A DNA stretch of 64,000 nucleotides from Nostoc sp. (GTDB lineage Bacteria; Cyanobacteriota; Cyanobacteriia; Cyanobacteriales; Nostocaceae). The translations under genes and the position numbers were made by a program. The stretch spans positions 96,001-160,000 of the forward strand of contig JBALDB010000046.1 of assembly GCA_036918135.1 (NCBI GenBank), read 5' to 3'. This document shows positions 41,520 through 51,037 of this stretch, piece after piece. The first letter of the stretch is position 1; every line of letters starts with the position of its first letter. Below the pieces are notes generated by a model. It did no database searches, was not told the origin of the DNA, and saw only the letters and a program-made list of their open reading frames with translations.

Positions 41520-44513
41520 ATGTTAAATGACAAAGAATTAGAAATCCAGATGCAGTTTCTGGAAGAAGCAACCGATTACTTGAATACCCTGGAAGGGGTA
41601 TTGCTGGAAATCGATACTAGTAACCGCATCGATTTAGATAAAATTAATGCTGCACTCAGGGCTGCTCATTCGATTAAAGGCGGTGCGGCAATGATGGGAT
41701 TTCGCTCGCTCAGCGATTTATCTCATCGTTTAGAAGATTCTTTTAAAGTTCTAAAAACTCGAAAAAATTCTTTAGAAATTGATACTCAGTTACAAAGTTT
41801 ATTGCTTTCTGGTGTTGATTGGTTGCGGCAAATTGTCGAATTGCTTGCCCAAGGAAATGTTGTTGAAGAACAGTGGTTAGCAACTTTTTGTTACCCAATT
41901 TTTGATGAGTTGCATGAACGCTTAGGTGACCCCACCCCTGAGGATGCCACAACCATGCTATCCCCAGAAGATGGACAAGATGTTATTCCTTTATTATTTG
42001 AAACAGAAGTAGAAGAGTGTTTGCAGCGTTTAGAATCTGCGTTAGCAAATAGCCAGCAGTTTAATTTGCAACAAGAATTTGCCGCTATGGCAGCAGAATT
42101 GGGCGGCTTGGGAGAAATGCTCCAATTACCAGCTTTTAGCAAACTTTGTGAGTCTGTAACCCAGCAATTAGCCACTGCTAGCAGCGATGGCATTTATGAA
42201 ATTGCTCAGTTAGCATTGCAAGCATGGCGGCGATCGCAAGCTTTGGTACTGACAAATCAATTAGATAATTTACCTACAAAAATTCAATTTGGTAATTCTA
42301 TCCAATCTCAGCCAATATTAAAAACAGAAGTAATACCACCGGTGAGCGCTACAAATACAACTGACACAGATATCTTGGAGACAGAAATCGTGTCAACATC
42401 TATAGAAATTAATAATAAAGATGAAACAGTTGCTACCAATTTTACATTTTTAGATGCAGAATTTATTGATGATATTAATGCTGGAAATATTATAGAACAA
42501 AATATAATATTTGCGAAAGACAATCACCCTCTAGATGCCAAATTAGCTATTGGCAAAGAACGGGAAATTCAAGAAAATACTGTTCGAGTTCCCAGCAAAC
42601 AACTCGAACAAATTAATGATTTATTTGGAGAACTGGTTGTTCAACGCAATGGATTAAATGCCCAATTAGAAAGATTACGCAAACTCGTGCGTCATCTCAA
42701 CCAGCGAGTGCAAATTCTCGACCGGGAAAACCAAGAATTACGTACAGCATACGAGAAAATTTCTACTCAATTTACTATCCCTGGTAGTGGGCAATTCCCA
42801 GTTGAAAATGGTCGCCATATCCCAGAGGCAGAGAGAGAATTTGATGCTTCAGAAATGGAGCGCCATAACGATTTAAACCTGCGATCGCAGGAAGTTATGG
42901 AAACCATTGTTCAGCTACAGGAAGTCACAACTGATGTGCAATTAAGTGTAGATGATACAGACCAAATTGCACGCAAACTTAACAAAACATCAAAACAATT
43001 ACAAACAAAACTCAATCATATCCGGATGCGACCGCTGTCAGATTTAGTTGAGCGTTTTCCTAGAGCTTTGCGTGACTTAAATGTAGAGTATGGAAAGAAT
43101 GTACAGCTAAAAATTGAAGGTGGCAACACTCTGATTGAACGCAGCATTTTAGAAGCATTGAACGAGCCTTTAATGCACCTATTAAGAAATGCTTTCGACC
43201 ATGGTATCGAAGATCCTGCGACCCGTCGCCTTCTCGGTAAACCAGAACAAGGATTGATTGAAATTAAAGCAACTCATCATAGTAATCGCACGCTGATTAG
43301 TATACGTGATGACGGTTGGGGCATTTCTCTGGAGAAAATTCGCACTCGCGCTTTAGCTATGGGCTTAGATGCTTCTCTAATCAATAATGCTAGTGATGAA
43401 GAACTGTTATCACTTATTTTTGAACCAGGTTTTAGCACTTCTAATCAAGTGACAACATTATCCGGTCGTGGTGTTGGGATGGATGTGGTTCGCAACAATC
43501 TTAAATTGATTCGAGGAGATATCAAAGTTGATACCGAACCGGGAGTTGGTACCACCTTCACTCTCTCAGTACCATTTACACTTTCCATAGCACGAGTGCT
43601 GCTAGTAGAAATTAACAAAATGCTATTAGCATTTCCCACAGATGTCATTTCTGAAATATCGCTTCTTCAAAACGAGCGAGTTTTTCAAATGGCGGGTAGC
43701 GAAGTCCTCAATTGGCAAGGAACTATGTTGCCACTAATTCGCTTGAGTCGCTACTTAGAATTTAATTGCTTGCGTTACGATAACGCAGAACTGGAAACTC
43801 CAGCAGCAATTAATGCTAATAGTGTGTTAGTAGTCAAAGGTAATAATCAGCCAGTAGGGATACAAATAGACCGTTGTTGGGGCGAACAAGAAGTAGCTAT
43901 TCGCCAAGTTGAAGGAAATATACCTCTACCTCAAGGCTTTAGTAACTGTACAATTCTCGGTGATGGTCGAGTAGTGCCATTAGTTAATATCAATGAATTG
44001 CTATATTGGATTGCTAGTAATCAGCGGACTCCTAGAGGGACTCAATTACCATCAGCAAGATTAAAGACACCTTTTTTAATATTTGATGAAGAGAAGGTAT
44101 CTGTAGCATCTAGCAAATTCAAGGGCACAATTTTAATTGTAGACGACTCGATTAATGTTCGCCGCTTTTTAGCTTTAACTCTAGAAAAAGGAGGATATCA
44201 AGTAGAACAAGCTAAAGATGGTCAAGATGCTTTAGAAAAGCTCCAAAATGGATTGAGAGTTGAAGCAGTAATTTGTGATATTGAAATGCCTCGTCTTGAT
44301 GGTTATGGCTTCTTAGGTAAGGTAAATTCAGACGTTGATACAAAAAATATTCCGGTTGCTATGTTGACTTCTCGTAGTAGTAATAAACATCGGCAATTGG
44401 CTATGCAATTAGGTGCGAGAGCTTATTTTTCTAAACCCTATAACGAACAAGAATTGCTGCAAACATTGGAAGAAATAATTCGTAATGTTGCAGAAAAAGC
44501 AGCGTCAAATTGA
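41520..44513 (+). CDS. cheA: Hybrid CheA histidine kinase (Hpt-dimer-HATPase-CheW-receiver; PixL-like)
   Basis: RAAHSIKGGA, HLLRNAFDHGIE, DDG.GI, GFST, GRGVGMDVV, C-terminal CDIEMPRLDG. Confidence 0.96.
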   Translation: MLNDKELEIQMQFLEEATDYLNTLEGVLLEIDTSNRIDLDKINAALRAAHSIKGGAAMMGFRSLSDLSHRLEDSFKVLKTRKNSLEIDTQLQSLLLSGVDWLRQIVELLAQGNVVEEQWLATFCYPIFDELHERLGDPTPEDATTMLSPEDGQDVIPLLFETEVEECLQRLESALANSQQFNLQQEFAAMAAELGGLGEMLQLPAFSKLCESVTQQLATASSDGIYEIAQLALQAWRRSQALVLTNQLDNLPTKIQFGNSIQSQPILKTEVIPPVSATNTTDTDILETEIVSTSIEINNKDETVATNFTFLDAEFIDDINAGNIIEQNIIFAKDNHPLDAKLAIGKEREIQENTVRVPSKQLEQINDLFGELVVQRNGLNAQLERLRKLVRHLNQRVQILDRENQELRTAYEKISTQFTIPGSGQFPVENGRHIPEAEREFDASEMERHNDLNLRSQEVMETIVQLQEVTTDVQLSVDDTDQIARKLNKTSKQLQTKLNHIRMRPLSDLVERFPRALRDLNVEYGKNVQLKIEGGNTLIERSILEALNEPLMHLLRNAFDHGIEDPATRRLLGKPEQGLIEIKATHHSNRTLISIRDDGWGISLEKIRTRALAMGLDASLINNASDEELLSLIFEPGFSTSNQVTTLSGRGVGMDVVRNNLKLIRGDIKVDTEPGVGTTFTLSVPFTLSIARVLLVEINKMLLAFPTDVISEISLLQNERVFQMAGSEVLNWQGTMLPLIRLSRYLEFNCLRYDNAELETPAAINANSVLVVKGNNQPVGIQIDRCWGEQEVAIRQVEGNIPLPQGFSNCTILGDGRVVPLVNINELLYWIASNQRTPRGTQLPSARLKTPFLIFDEEKVSVASSKFKGTILIVDDSINVRRFLALTLEKGGYQVEQAKDGQDALEKLQNGLRVEAVICDIEMPRLDGYGFLGKVNSDVDTKNIPVAMLTSRSSNKHRQLAMQLGARAYFSKPYNEQELLQTLEEIIRNVAEKAASN

Positions 44514-44540
44514 AAATTGATAATTCATAATTAGATTTTT

Positions 44541-44572
44541 GTAGGGTGCGTTACGCCAAAGGCTAACGCACC
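44541..44572. repeat. REP-like GTAG hairpin
   Basis: GTAG-GGTGCGTTA-CGCCAAAGGC-TAACGCACC. Confidence 0.6.
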
Positions 44573-44741
44573 GCTTGTTTTATATAGTGCCTTGGCGACT
44601 ATAAGTCGCGGCTATACAGACAAAATCCGTCTGCGCGAGTTAAAAGACCGAGTTATATCAGTAATAATCGCCCAGGTTTTGCGTAATACTATTTGTATTA
44701 ATTGAAATAATTTCTATATTAATTCAGTTTATGGTGAATTT

Positions 44742-45182
44742 ATGGTAACTGTAACACTGACGGCTGTTGCTAGTGCGATCGCAACTACGCTTTGGACTAA
44801 AGCACAAGAGAAAATCGGCGAAAACATTGGTGATGCTACATGGACGCTAGGTGGTAAGTTAATCGGATTACTCCGCCAGAAGAATAAATTGCCATTACTC
44901 ACCAATGCTGTTGAGGGAAATGAACCGCAGCGATTAGATTATGGTCAAGCAGTGCTGGAACTGAAAGCGGCCGCAGACGCAGACCCAGAAATTGCTCAAG
45001 CTGTTGTGGAAGTGGAAGCAGCAGCAAAAGCAGAACCAAAACTCACTCAAAAAATTCAAGAAATCGAAAATACCCTTAAGTCTCAACAGCCAACTATTCA
45101 AAATCTGACGCAGCTAGCAGAAAAAATTGGGTTTGTAAATCAAGGACAGATAAATAACCAAACTAATAACTTCAACTTTTGA
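44742..45182 (+). CDS. 146-aa helical protein with C-terminal N/Q-rich motif (candidate Bell/HeLo-like NLR-associated effector)
   Basis: Hydrophobic N-terminal helix, Ala/Glu-rich helices, tail AEKIGFVNQGQINNQTNNFNF; same frame as the downstream NACHT ORF. Confidence 0.75.
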   Translation: MVTVTLTAVASAIATTLWTKAQEKIGENIGDATWTLGGKLIGLLRQKNKLPLLTNAVEGNEPQRLDYGQAVLELKAAADADPEIAQAVVEVEAAAKAEPKLTQKIQEIENTLKSQQPTIQNLTQLAEKIGFVNQGQINNQTNNFNF

Positions 45183-45232
45183 CTACAGTCGTCCCAAGGG
45201 GAGGATGGGACAAAGTTAACCCCCAATGACTG
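45180..45232 (+). promoter_or_regulatory. Candidate stop-codon readthrough signal (TGA-CTA, 8-nt spacer, stem-loop/pseudoknot)
   Basis: GTCCCA 45191-45196 pairs with TGGGAC 45206-45211; loop GGGG 45198-45201 can pair with the C-run at 45220-45224. Confidence 0.5.
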
Positions 45233-45251
45233 GCGTGAAGTCTGCCATAAA

Positions 45252-47984
45252 ATGCTCGTAGAACGGCGCAAGCTGACTACAAATCCTCTGACATCAACTC
45301 AAGGAATCGCCCTGCAAGTTGATGATGTTTACGTACCACTGGGATTAGTTGAGCGCAAAAAACCATCCAAGCGTCAAGGTGATATTTCTCCAGAACAGGG
45401 GTCAGAACTGTACAAGGAGACAGAAATCACCAAAACATTTGAGTATGATGCTTTTCTTGAAGAAGTGCTCAAACAGAAGAACACGCCTAAAAGTCAAGGT
45501 AAGCGGATTGCAATTATTGGCGAACCCGGAGCAGGAAAGACAACACTGTTACAGCAGATTGCTGAGTGGGTATCTCGTGAGATTCACCAGTCGATTGTGA
45601 TTTGGGTATCTTTAGCAGATTTGCGAGAGAAGGAACTAAAATCTTATCTGTTCGAGACTTGGTTAACTCAGGTGGCTGAGAAAACAGGTAAAGCTGAAGC
45701 CACTGAGCAACTAGAGAATGATTTTGTTGCTCTGTTTAATCAAAATAATGTCTGGCTGCTGCTAGATGGGTTAGATGAAATGTCCGCATCTAATCCTCTA
45801 ACTGAAATTGCTCGACAATTCCGTGAAGCAGGGTCAATTTCTCAAGCGCAAATTGTGCTGACTTGTCGGGTTAATCTGTGGGATGGCAGCATTAATGCAC
45901 TTGATAATTTTGATATTTATCGCAGTTTAGATTTTTCTTATCCACAACAAGAGAAATTTATTGACAAATGGTTCACTGCTATTCCCGAAACTGGGAAGCA
46001 GTTATCTACTGCGTTGAAAGAATCAGGTAAGGAACGGATTCAGGATTTAGTGAAAAATCCTCTGCGGTTGACGCTGCTGTGCTTGAATTGGCAAGCAGGA
46101 GATGGCAAATTACCGGATACTCAAGCGGGACTCTATCAGCAATTTGTTGATGACTTCTACAAGTGGAAAAAAGAGGAATTTGTTACAGATTCTGACCAGC
46201 GTCAGCAACTCAATGTCGAGTTGGGGAAATTAGCTAAAGAAGCTATAGACAAAGAAGTAACCCGTTTTCGCTTGCGGCAGGATTTTGTTAGTCAGTTTTT
46301 GGGAGATGCTGATAATGAAAACTCGCTGCTGACATTGGCATTAAATCGGGGCTGGCTGAACTGTATAGGTGTAGATATAAATAGAAAACCTGTTTACGCT
46401 TTCTTTCATGCCTCATTTCAAGAGTACTTTGCTGCTATAGCAATTGATGATTGGCATTTCTTTCTCGATCACAATACCAAAAATCCCAGACGAGGAACTT
46501 ATCGCATCTTTGAACCGCAATGGAAGCAAACAATATTACTTTGGTTGGGGCGAGAAGAAGAAAACCTCAAACAGCAAAAGCAACAGTTTATCAATGCTTT
46601 AGTTAGTTTTAAAGATGGATGTGGTAAATGGAATAAAAGATATGTAGATAAAGGATTTTATGAATATCGCGCTTATTTTTTAGCAACCGTAGGAATTGCT
46701 GAGTTCAGAGACTATTCTAGAGCCGATGAAATAGTAGCACAAATTGTCAAGTGGGGCTTTGGTTATTTCAACACTAAAAAACAAGAGTGGATACAATTTC
46801 CCTATGTAATTAAAGAGGAAGCTAGGACAACACTGCAACAGACAGACCGTACAAAAGCCATCACTGGATTAGTGGAGTTAATCCGTACTTCTCAATCTGA
46901 AGAAACTCGTGAGCAAGCCGTATCCATTTTGGGAGAAATAGGCAAAGATAATGCCACAGCCATCACTGTATTAGTGGAGTTAATCCGTACTTCTCAATCT
47001 GAAGAAACTCGTGAGCAAGCGATTTATATCTTGGGAGAAATAGGCAAAGATAATGCCACAGCCATCACTGTATTAGTGGAGTTAATCCGTACTTCTCAAT
47101 CTAAAGAAACCTGTAAGCAAGCGATTTATATCTTGGGAGAAATAGGCAAAGATAATGCCACAGCCATCACTGTATTAGAGGAGCTAATCTATACTTCTCA
47201 AAATGAATATACCTGTTTGCTAGCGGCATCTAGCTTAGGGAAAATAGCCAAAGACAATACTAACTATATCAGTAGATTAGAGGAGATAATTCATACTTCT
47301 CAAGATGAATATACGCGTTTGTTAGCAGCATCTAGCTTAGGAGAAATAGCCAAAGATAATCTTACAGCAATTGCTGCATTAGTGGAATTAATCATTACTT
47401 TTCCAGATGAATATATTCCTTTAGAAGCGGCATCAAGCTTAGAGAAAATAGCTAAATACAATCCTAAAGCTATCATTGCATTAGAGGAGTTACTCCTTAC
47501 TTCTCAAGATCAAGATATCCGTTGGCTAGTAGCAGAAAGCTTAGGGAAAATAGCCAAGTACAATCTTCCCACAGTTATGGTTGGATTAGAAGAGTTTATC
47601 TGGACTTCTCAAAATGAACTTCCCAATTTGCTACTGGCAAGCTTAGAAAAAAGAGGCAAAGATAATCTCACTGCTATCACTGCATTAAAAGAGTTAGTCG
47701 GTACTGCTCAAGATGAAACTACCTGTAGACAAGCAACATATAGCTTAGGGAAAACTTTAACCGAACCTGAAAAGATGACGGCAGTAGTCACTGCTTTGAA
47801 GAAGTACTTCTCAAATGAAACTTATAAAAATGACTTTGAGCTATTCAAAGATTGCTATAAACTAATCTGGCACTGCGCCCGAACTATGACTTATCCAGCC
47901 TTTTATCAAGCTTGGCATCAGCATAATGTTGCTACTCGTGCGATGCAAAGCTTAAAGAAAATCTTCTTCACAAGAATAATTTAA
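45252..47984 (+). CDS. NACHT NTPase with C-terminal HEAT-like repeats (bacterial NLR-like STAND protein); frame open back to 45183
   Basis: VYVPLGL, Walker A GEPGAGKTT, Walker B LLLDGLDE, LTCR, NPLRL, FFHASFQEYF, 34-aa helical repeats. Confidence 0.93.
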   Translation: MLVERRKLTTNPLTSTQGIALQVDDVYVPLGLVERKKPSKRQGDISPEQGSELYKETEITKTFEYDAFLEEVLKQKNTPKSQGKRIAIIGEPGAGKTTLLQQIAEWVSREIHQSIVIWVSLADLREKELKSYLFETWLTQVAEKTGKAEATEQLENDFVALFNQNNVWLLLDGLDEMSASNPLTEIARQFREAGSISQAQIVLTCRVNLWDGSINALDNFDIYRSLDFSYPQQEKFIDKWFTAIPETGKQLSTALKESGKERIQDLVKNPLRLTLLCLNWQAGDGKLPDTQAGLYQQFVDDFYKWKKEEFVTDSDQRQQLNVELGKLAKEAIDKEVTRFRLRQDFVSQFLGDADNENSLLTLALNRGWLNCIGVDINRKPVYAFFHASFQEYFAAIAIDDWHFFLDHNTKNPRRGTYRIFEPQWKQTILLWLGREEENLKQQKQQFINALVSFKDGCGKWNKRYVDKGFYEYRAYFLATVGIAEFRDYSRADEIVAQIVKWGFGYFNTKKQEWIQFPYVIKEEARTTLQQTDRTKAITGLVELIRTSQSEETREQAVSILGEIGKDNATAITVLVELIRTSQSEETREQAIYILGEIGKDNATAITVLVELIRTSQSKETCKQAIYILGEIGKDNATAITVLEELIYTSQNEYTCLLAASSLGKIAKDNTNYISRLEEIIHTSQDEYTRLLAASSLGEIAKDNLTAIAALVELIITFPDEYIPLEAASSLEKIAKYNPKAIIALEELLLTSQDQDIRWLVAESLGKIAKYNLPTVMVGLEEFIWTSQNELPNLLLASLEKRGKDNLTAITALKELVGTAQDETTCRQATYSLGKTLTEPEKMTAVVTALKKYFSNETYKNDFELFKDCYKLIWHCARTMTYPAFYQAWHQHNVATRAMQSLKKIFFTRII
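46857..47180. repeat. 102-bp near-identical coding tandem repeats (HEAT-like units)
   Basis: GCCATCACT...GATAATGCCACA units start at 46857, 46959, 47061 and 47163; more diverged units continue to about 47760. Confidence 0.92.
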
Positions 47985-48029
47985 GTACTTTTGCCGCAGT
48001 GACGTTACAAATGAAGTTTTTGTGGTAAC

Positions 48030-48224
48030 AATAGCTTGTCCGTTCGTTACCAACACAAGTTGTTTCGTTCAGAATGCTTATCCGTTGATTCACAACACAA
48101 GTTGTTTCGTTCAGAACGCTTATCGGTTGTGAACGAAAATTCGTTTGTTCGTTCACAACACAACTTCTTCCGTTCAGAATGCTTGTCCATTGGTCATTAA
48201 AACTTGTCTGTTCGTTCAGAATGC
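48030..48224. repeat. Degenerate minisatellite with 21-nt periodicity
   Basis: GTTCAGAA at 48067, 48109, 48172, 48214 (spacings 42, 63, 42); CAACACAA at 48051, 48093, 48156. Confidence 0.8.
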
Positions 48225-48297
48225 CGATCTATTTTTGACAAAACTTATGCGCTCGTTACAACAGCTTAAGCAAAACTTATAAATAATCATGTTTGGC

Positions 48298-48978
48298 TCA
48301 GATTGTATCTGGATTGATATTTAACTCCCGCAGTTTTGCTGCCAAACGTGCTGCTTGTTGTTGTGCTTGCTGTGCAATTTCTTCGGGTGTGGGTACTAGT
48401 TGATAATCTGGTGTAAAATAACGTAATAAACCCTCATGAACACCAAGATACAATCCTAATTGTTGACTCCACAAATGCCCTCGTTCATTTGATTGCAGGG
48501 GTTGATATTCTCCATCTAATAAATGAAACCCTGCCAATTCTAAGGTGTAAGGATCGAACCAAAAATAATCTGGTGTGCGGAAGGTGTCTTGATAAATTGT
48601 TTTCTTTAAACCTTTGTCTGTATTTGCTGTGGAGTCAGACAAAATTACGACGATGACATTGGGATATTTGCCATATTCTTCCCACACCACCCAACTTTTT
48701 CTATTTTTACGTTCGCATCCTAGCACTACAAAAAAATCTGGCCCTCGGAAGAATTCTGATTTGCGTTGATGCGGACTGTAGTAGATAGTCAAATTTCCCG
48801 CCGCGTAGAAATCATTTCTATCTTGCCACAGCCATTTTAAACATTGGAGTAAGAGCATAATTTGCTCTAGATGTAGGTCGCTTTCCAACGGTGGTTCGTC
48901 ACTATATATCTCACTAGGAGGAAATATAACATCTTGGTAGATACCTGCTTGAGGACTTACTTCTGGCGCGATGGTCAT
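48298..48978 (-). CDS. Uma2 (DUF820) family PD-(D/E)xK-like protein
   Basis: SDEPPLES..H, GPDFFVV, RKSWVVWEE, DYFWFDP. Confidence 0.9.
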   Translation of the reverse strand: MTIAPEVSPQAGIYQDVIFPPSEIYSDEPPLESDLHLEQIMLLLQCLKWLWQDRNDFYAAGNLTIYYSPHQRKSEFFRGPDFFVVLGCERKNRKSWVVWEEYGKYPNVIVVILSDSTANTDKGLKKTIYQDTFRTPDYFWFDPYTLELAGFHLLDGEYQPLQSNERGHLWSQQLGLYLGVHEGLLRYFTPDYQLVPTPEEIAQQAQQQAARLAAKLRELNINPDTI

Positions 48979-49172
48979 AAAATGAATACCCCATCAAGTA
49001 TGGGTTTATTTTAACAGTGTTGTCTAAGGCGATCGCTTTCTCAAATCCAAATTTCAATTCCGGTTTAAGACTATGGAGGTTAACACAAGCCAACCTCCAC
49101 AAAATTTAGTTTGATGATTGCTGTAAATACTCAATCAATTTTTTGGAAATAAAATACTTCCAGCAATCTTGA

Positions 49173-49457
49173 TTAAGCCTCGACTTTTACGCCCTTCCAA
49201 AAAGCGACATAGCCTTCAATATTCTTAGCTTTCTCTTTGGCGCTGGGATAGTACCAAGCAGCATCTTTGTTGACTTGTCCATCAACTTCGACGCTGTAGT
49301 AGCTAGCGACACCTTTCCAAGGACAAGTAGTGTGGGTGTTACTTTCTTGGAAGTACTCTTTGTTAATTGTGTCAGCCGGAAAATAATGGTTGTTTTCCAC
49401 AACTACAGTATCATTGCTCTCAGCTAAAACTGCACCATTCCAAATTGCTTTCGGCAT
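49173..49457 (-). CDS. DUF427 domain protein
   Basis: LAES, HYFP, TTCPWKG.ASYY, AAWYYP, YVAFW. Confidence 0.92.
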   Translation of the reverse strand: MPKAIWNGAVLAESNDTVVVENNHYFPADTINKEYFQESNTHTTCPWKGVASYYSVEVDGQVNKDAAWYYPSAKEKAKNIEGYVAFWKGVKVEA

Positions 49458-49598
49458 AAGTGATTTTGTAAATAAAGTTTACATATATATTTTGACACTT
49501 CTACAGTATTTAGGTTGACGTGGGGACGCGATCATGAGCGCGGCACAATCTAAAATTCTCGTTTTTATGCTCAGTGGCACTTTGCTAATTCGTAATTT

Positions 49599-50591
49599 TT
49601 ATTCTAAAAAATAAGTTCCTAACTCTTTTATTCTCTCTACCCAACCTTTTACCTCATCAGCCACTTTATACTTCCATTGAAGTTGAAGCACTTCTCTGGT
49701 ATGAGAATCATCAAATATAACTTTGTCTTTATTTTCAAAGACTGGTGCAACGAATTCTACCCCAGCAGCCTCGGCAAACAAAGTTGATATCTGGCTAATA
49801 CTCAAATTTTCCGGCGCAGCCAAGTAATGTCCTCCTTTAGTACCTTTTTGCGCTGCGGCAATGTAGTAGTCTGCCAAATCATCAACATGAACCCATGCCG
49901 TCATAAAATCTGGTGGAAATGGCTGATAGCCTTGGTGTGGTTTCCCTGTAATGAACTGCTGAATTGCAAAATCCCAAAAACTGCCACGAGTTGGTGCCGA
50001 ACCATACACTGATGCCGGATAGACAATGGAAGCGTTACCTCCATTGTTGATATATTCTTCTACTAGCCCATCTTTCAACACATTCACACTCATTAGTAAG
50101 TCAATAAATGCTAAATATTCGGGCGGTGTATGACCTTTTGGTGGTGGTGTTTCCGTGATTCGTCCTCCATCGGCAGTAATTAAAGAGAAATTCCCACTGG
50201 TTGCAATTACATGAATATCTGGTGAAACTGCCCTAGCACCATGTAAAGCGGCTTCTAATGATATCCGGTCTTTGGCAAATTGAGCTTCTTTGGTTGACTC
50301 TGGAGGCATGTGCCAAGCAACATTAATTACTGTTGTAATATTATGCTTGCGAATTGCTTGGGCAACGTCATTACTGGAAAAGCTTGCTTGTGAAGAGCGG
50401 ATTATTTCCTTGCACAAAGGCTTTATCGCCTCAACATCACTACTCGGACGCACAAGTGCAAATACAGCTAAATCTTCGGTCTGGGAACACTTACGGCATA
50501 ACGCTCCGCCAATATAGCCGGTTGCACCTAAAATCAAAATATTTTTCTTGGAAGAATTTTTTTCGGCTAAAAATTCTCTATTATCTGACAT
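49599..50591 (-). CDS. NAD(P)-binding extended/atypical SDR (epimerase/dehydratase-like)
   Basis: ILGATGYIGG, ALVR, P.SVYG, WVHVDDLA. Confidence 0.85.
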   Translation of the reverse strand: MSDNREFLAEKNSSKKNILILGATGYIGGALCRKCSQTEDLAVFALVRPSSDVEAIKPLCKEIIRSSQASFSSNDVAQAIRKHNITTVINVAWHMPPESTKEAQFAKDRISLEAALHGARAVSPDIHVIATSGNFSLITADGGRITETPPPKGHTPPEYLAFIDLLMSVNVLKDGLVEEYINNGGNASIVYPASVYGSAPTRGSFWDFAIQQFITGKPHQGYQPFPPDFMTAWVHVDDLADYYIAAAQKGTKGGHYLAAPENLSISQISTLFAEAAGVEFVAPVFENKDKVIFDDSHTREVLQLQWKYKVADEVKGWVERIKELGTYFLE

Positions 50592-51037
50592 AAATTTGTA
50601 ATTTGTAATTGCTGGTACCGCACGATCGGTTATTCATTGTGTGTTAACCTACACACCCTACTGTGTAAGATATGTATTTTGCTGCAAAAATGGATTCACA
50701 ATAAGTAAGATATTTTCGATAATTAAGCTATCTTAGATATTTTATCTGTCAAAATAATTTATCTTATCTAGCACAGCACTAGCAACAAGCAAGTTATCCT
50801 AATAATTGGAGTGAATAGCGATCGCCACCACGTTCCTACTCTTTACATTTCTTTAGAAACAACCTTTAACTTTCTATACTTAGTAACAACAAAACAAAAT
50901 AATACAAATAACTAGTAATTTCACTGAAGATAATGAAATTGATAGATTTTTCTTAATTCGAGCATTTTTTCAGTTGTATATTATTACTAAGCTAAAGGAA
51001 ATCTGTAATTTTATTCAGTGTTTAACTTTTAATAACC

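Noticed and set aside
45198..45219. GGAGG-ATG at 45205 as the start of the NACHT gene
   Set aside because: Out of frame with NACHT, zero SD spacing, and encodes only MGQS-stop
45180..45232. Selenocysteine insertion (UGA plus SECIS-like hairpin)
   Set aside because: The UGA lies in a linker rather than a redox-Cys position, and cyanobacteria generally lack the Sec machinery; finding selA/selB/selC in this genome would reopen the question
48030..48224. Possible CRISPR array
   Set aside because: Spacings are strict multiples of 21 nt, the intervening sequences resemble each other rather than being unique spacers, and no cas genes are in the window
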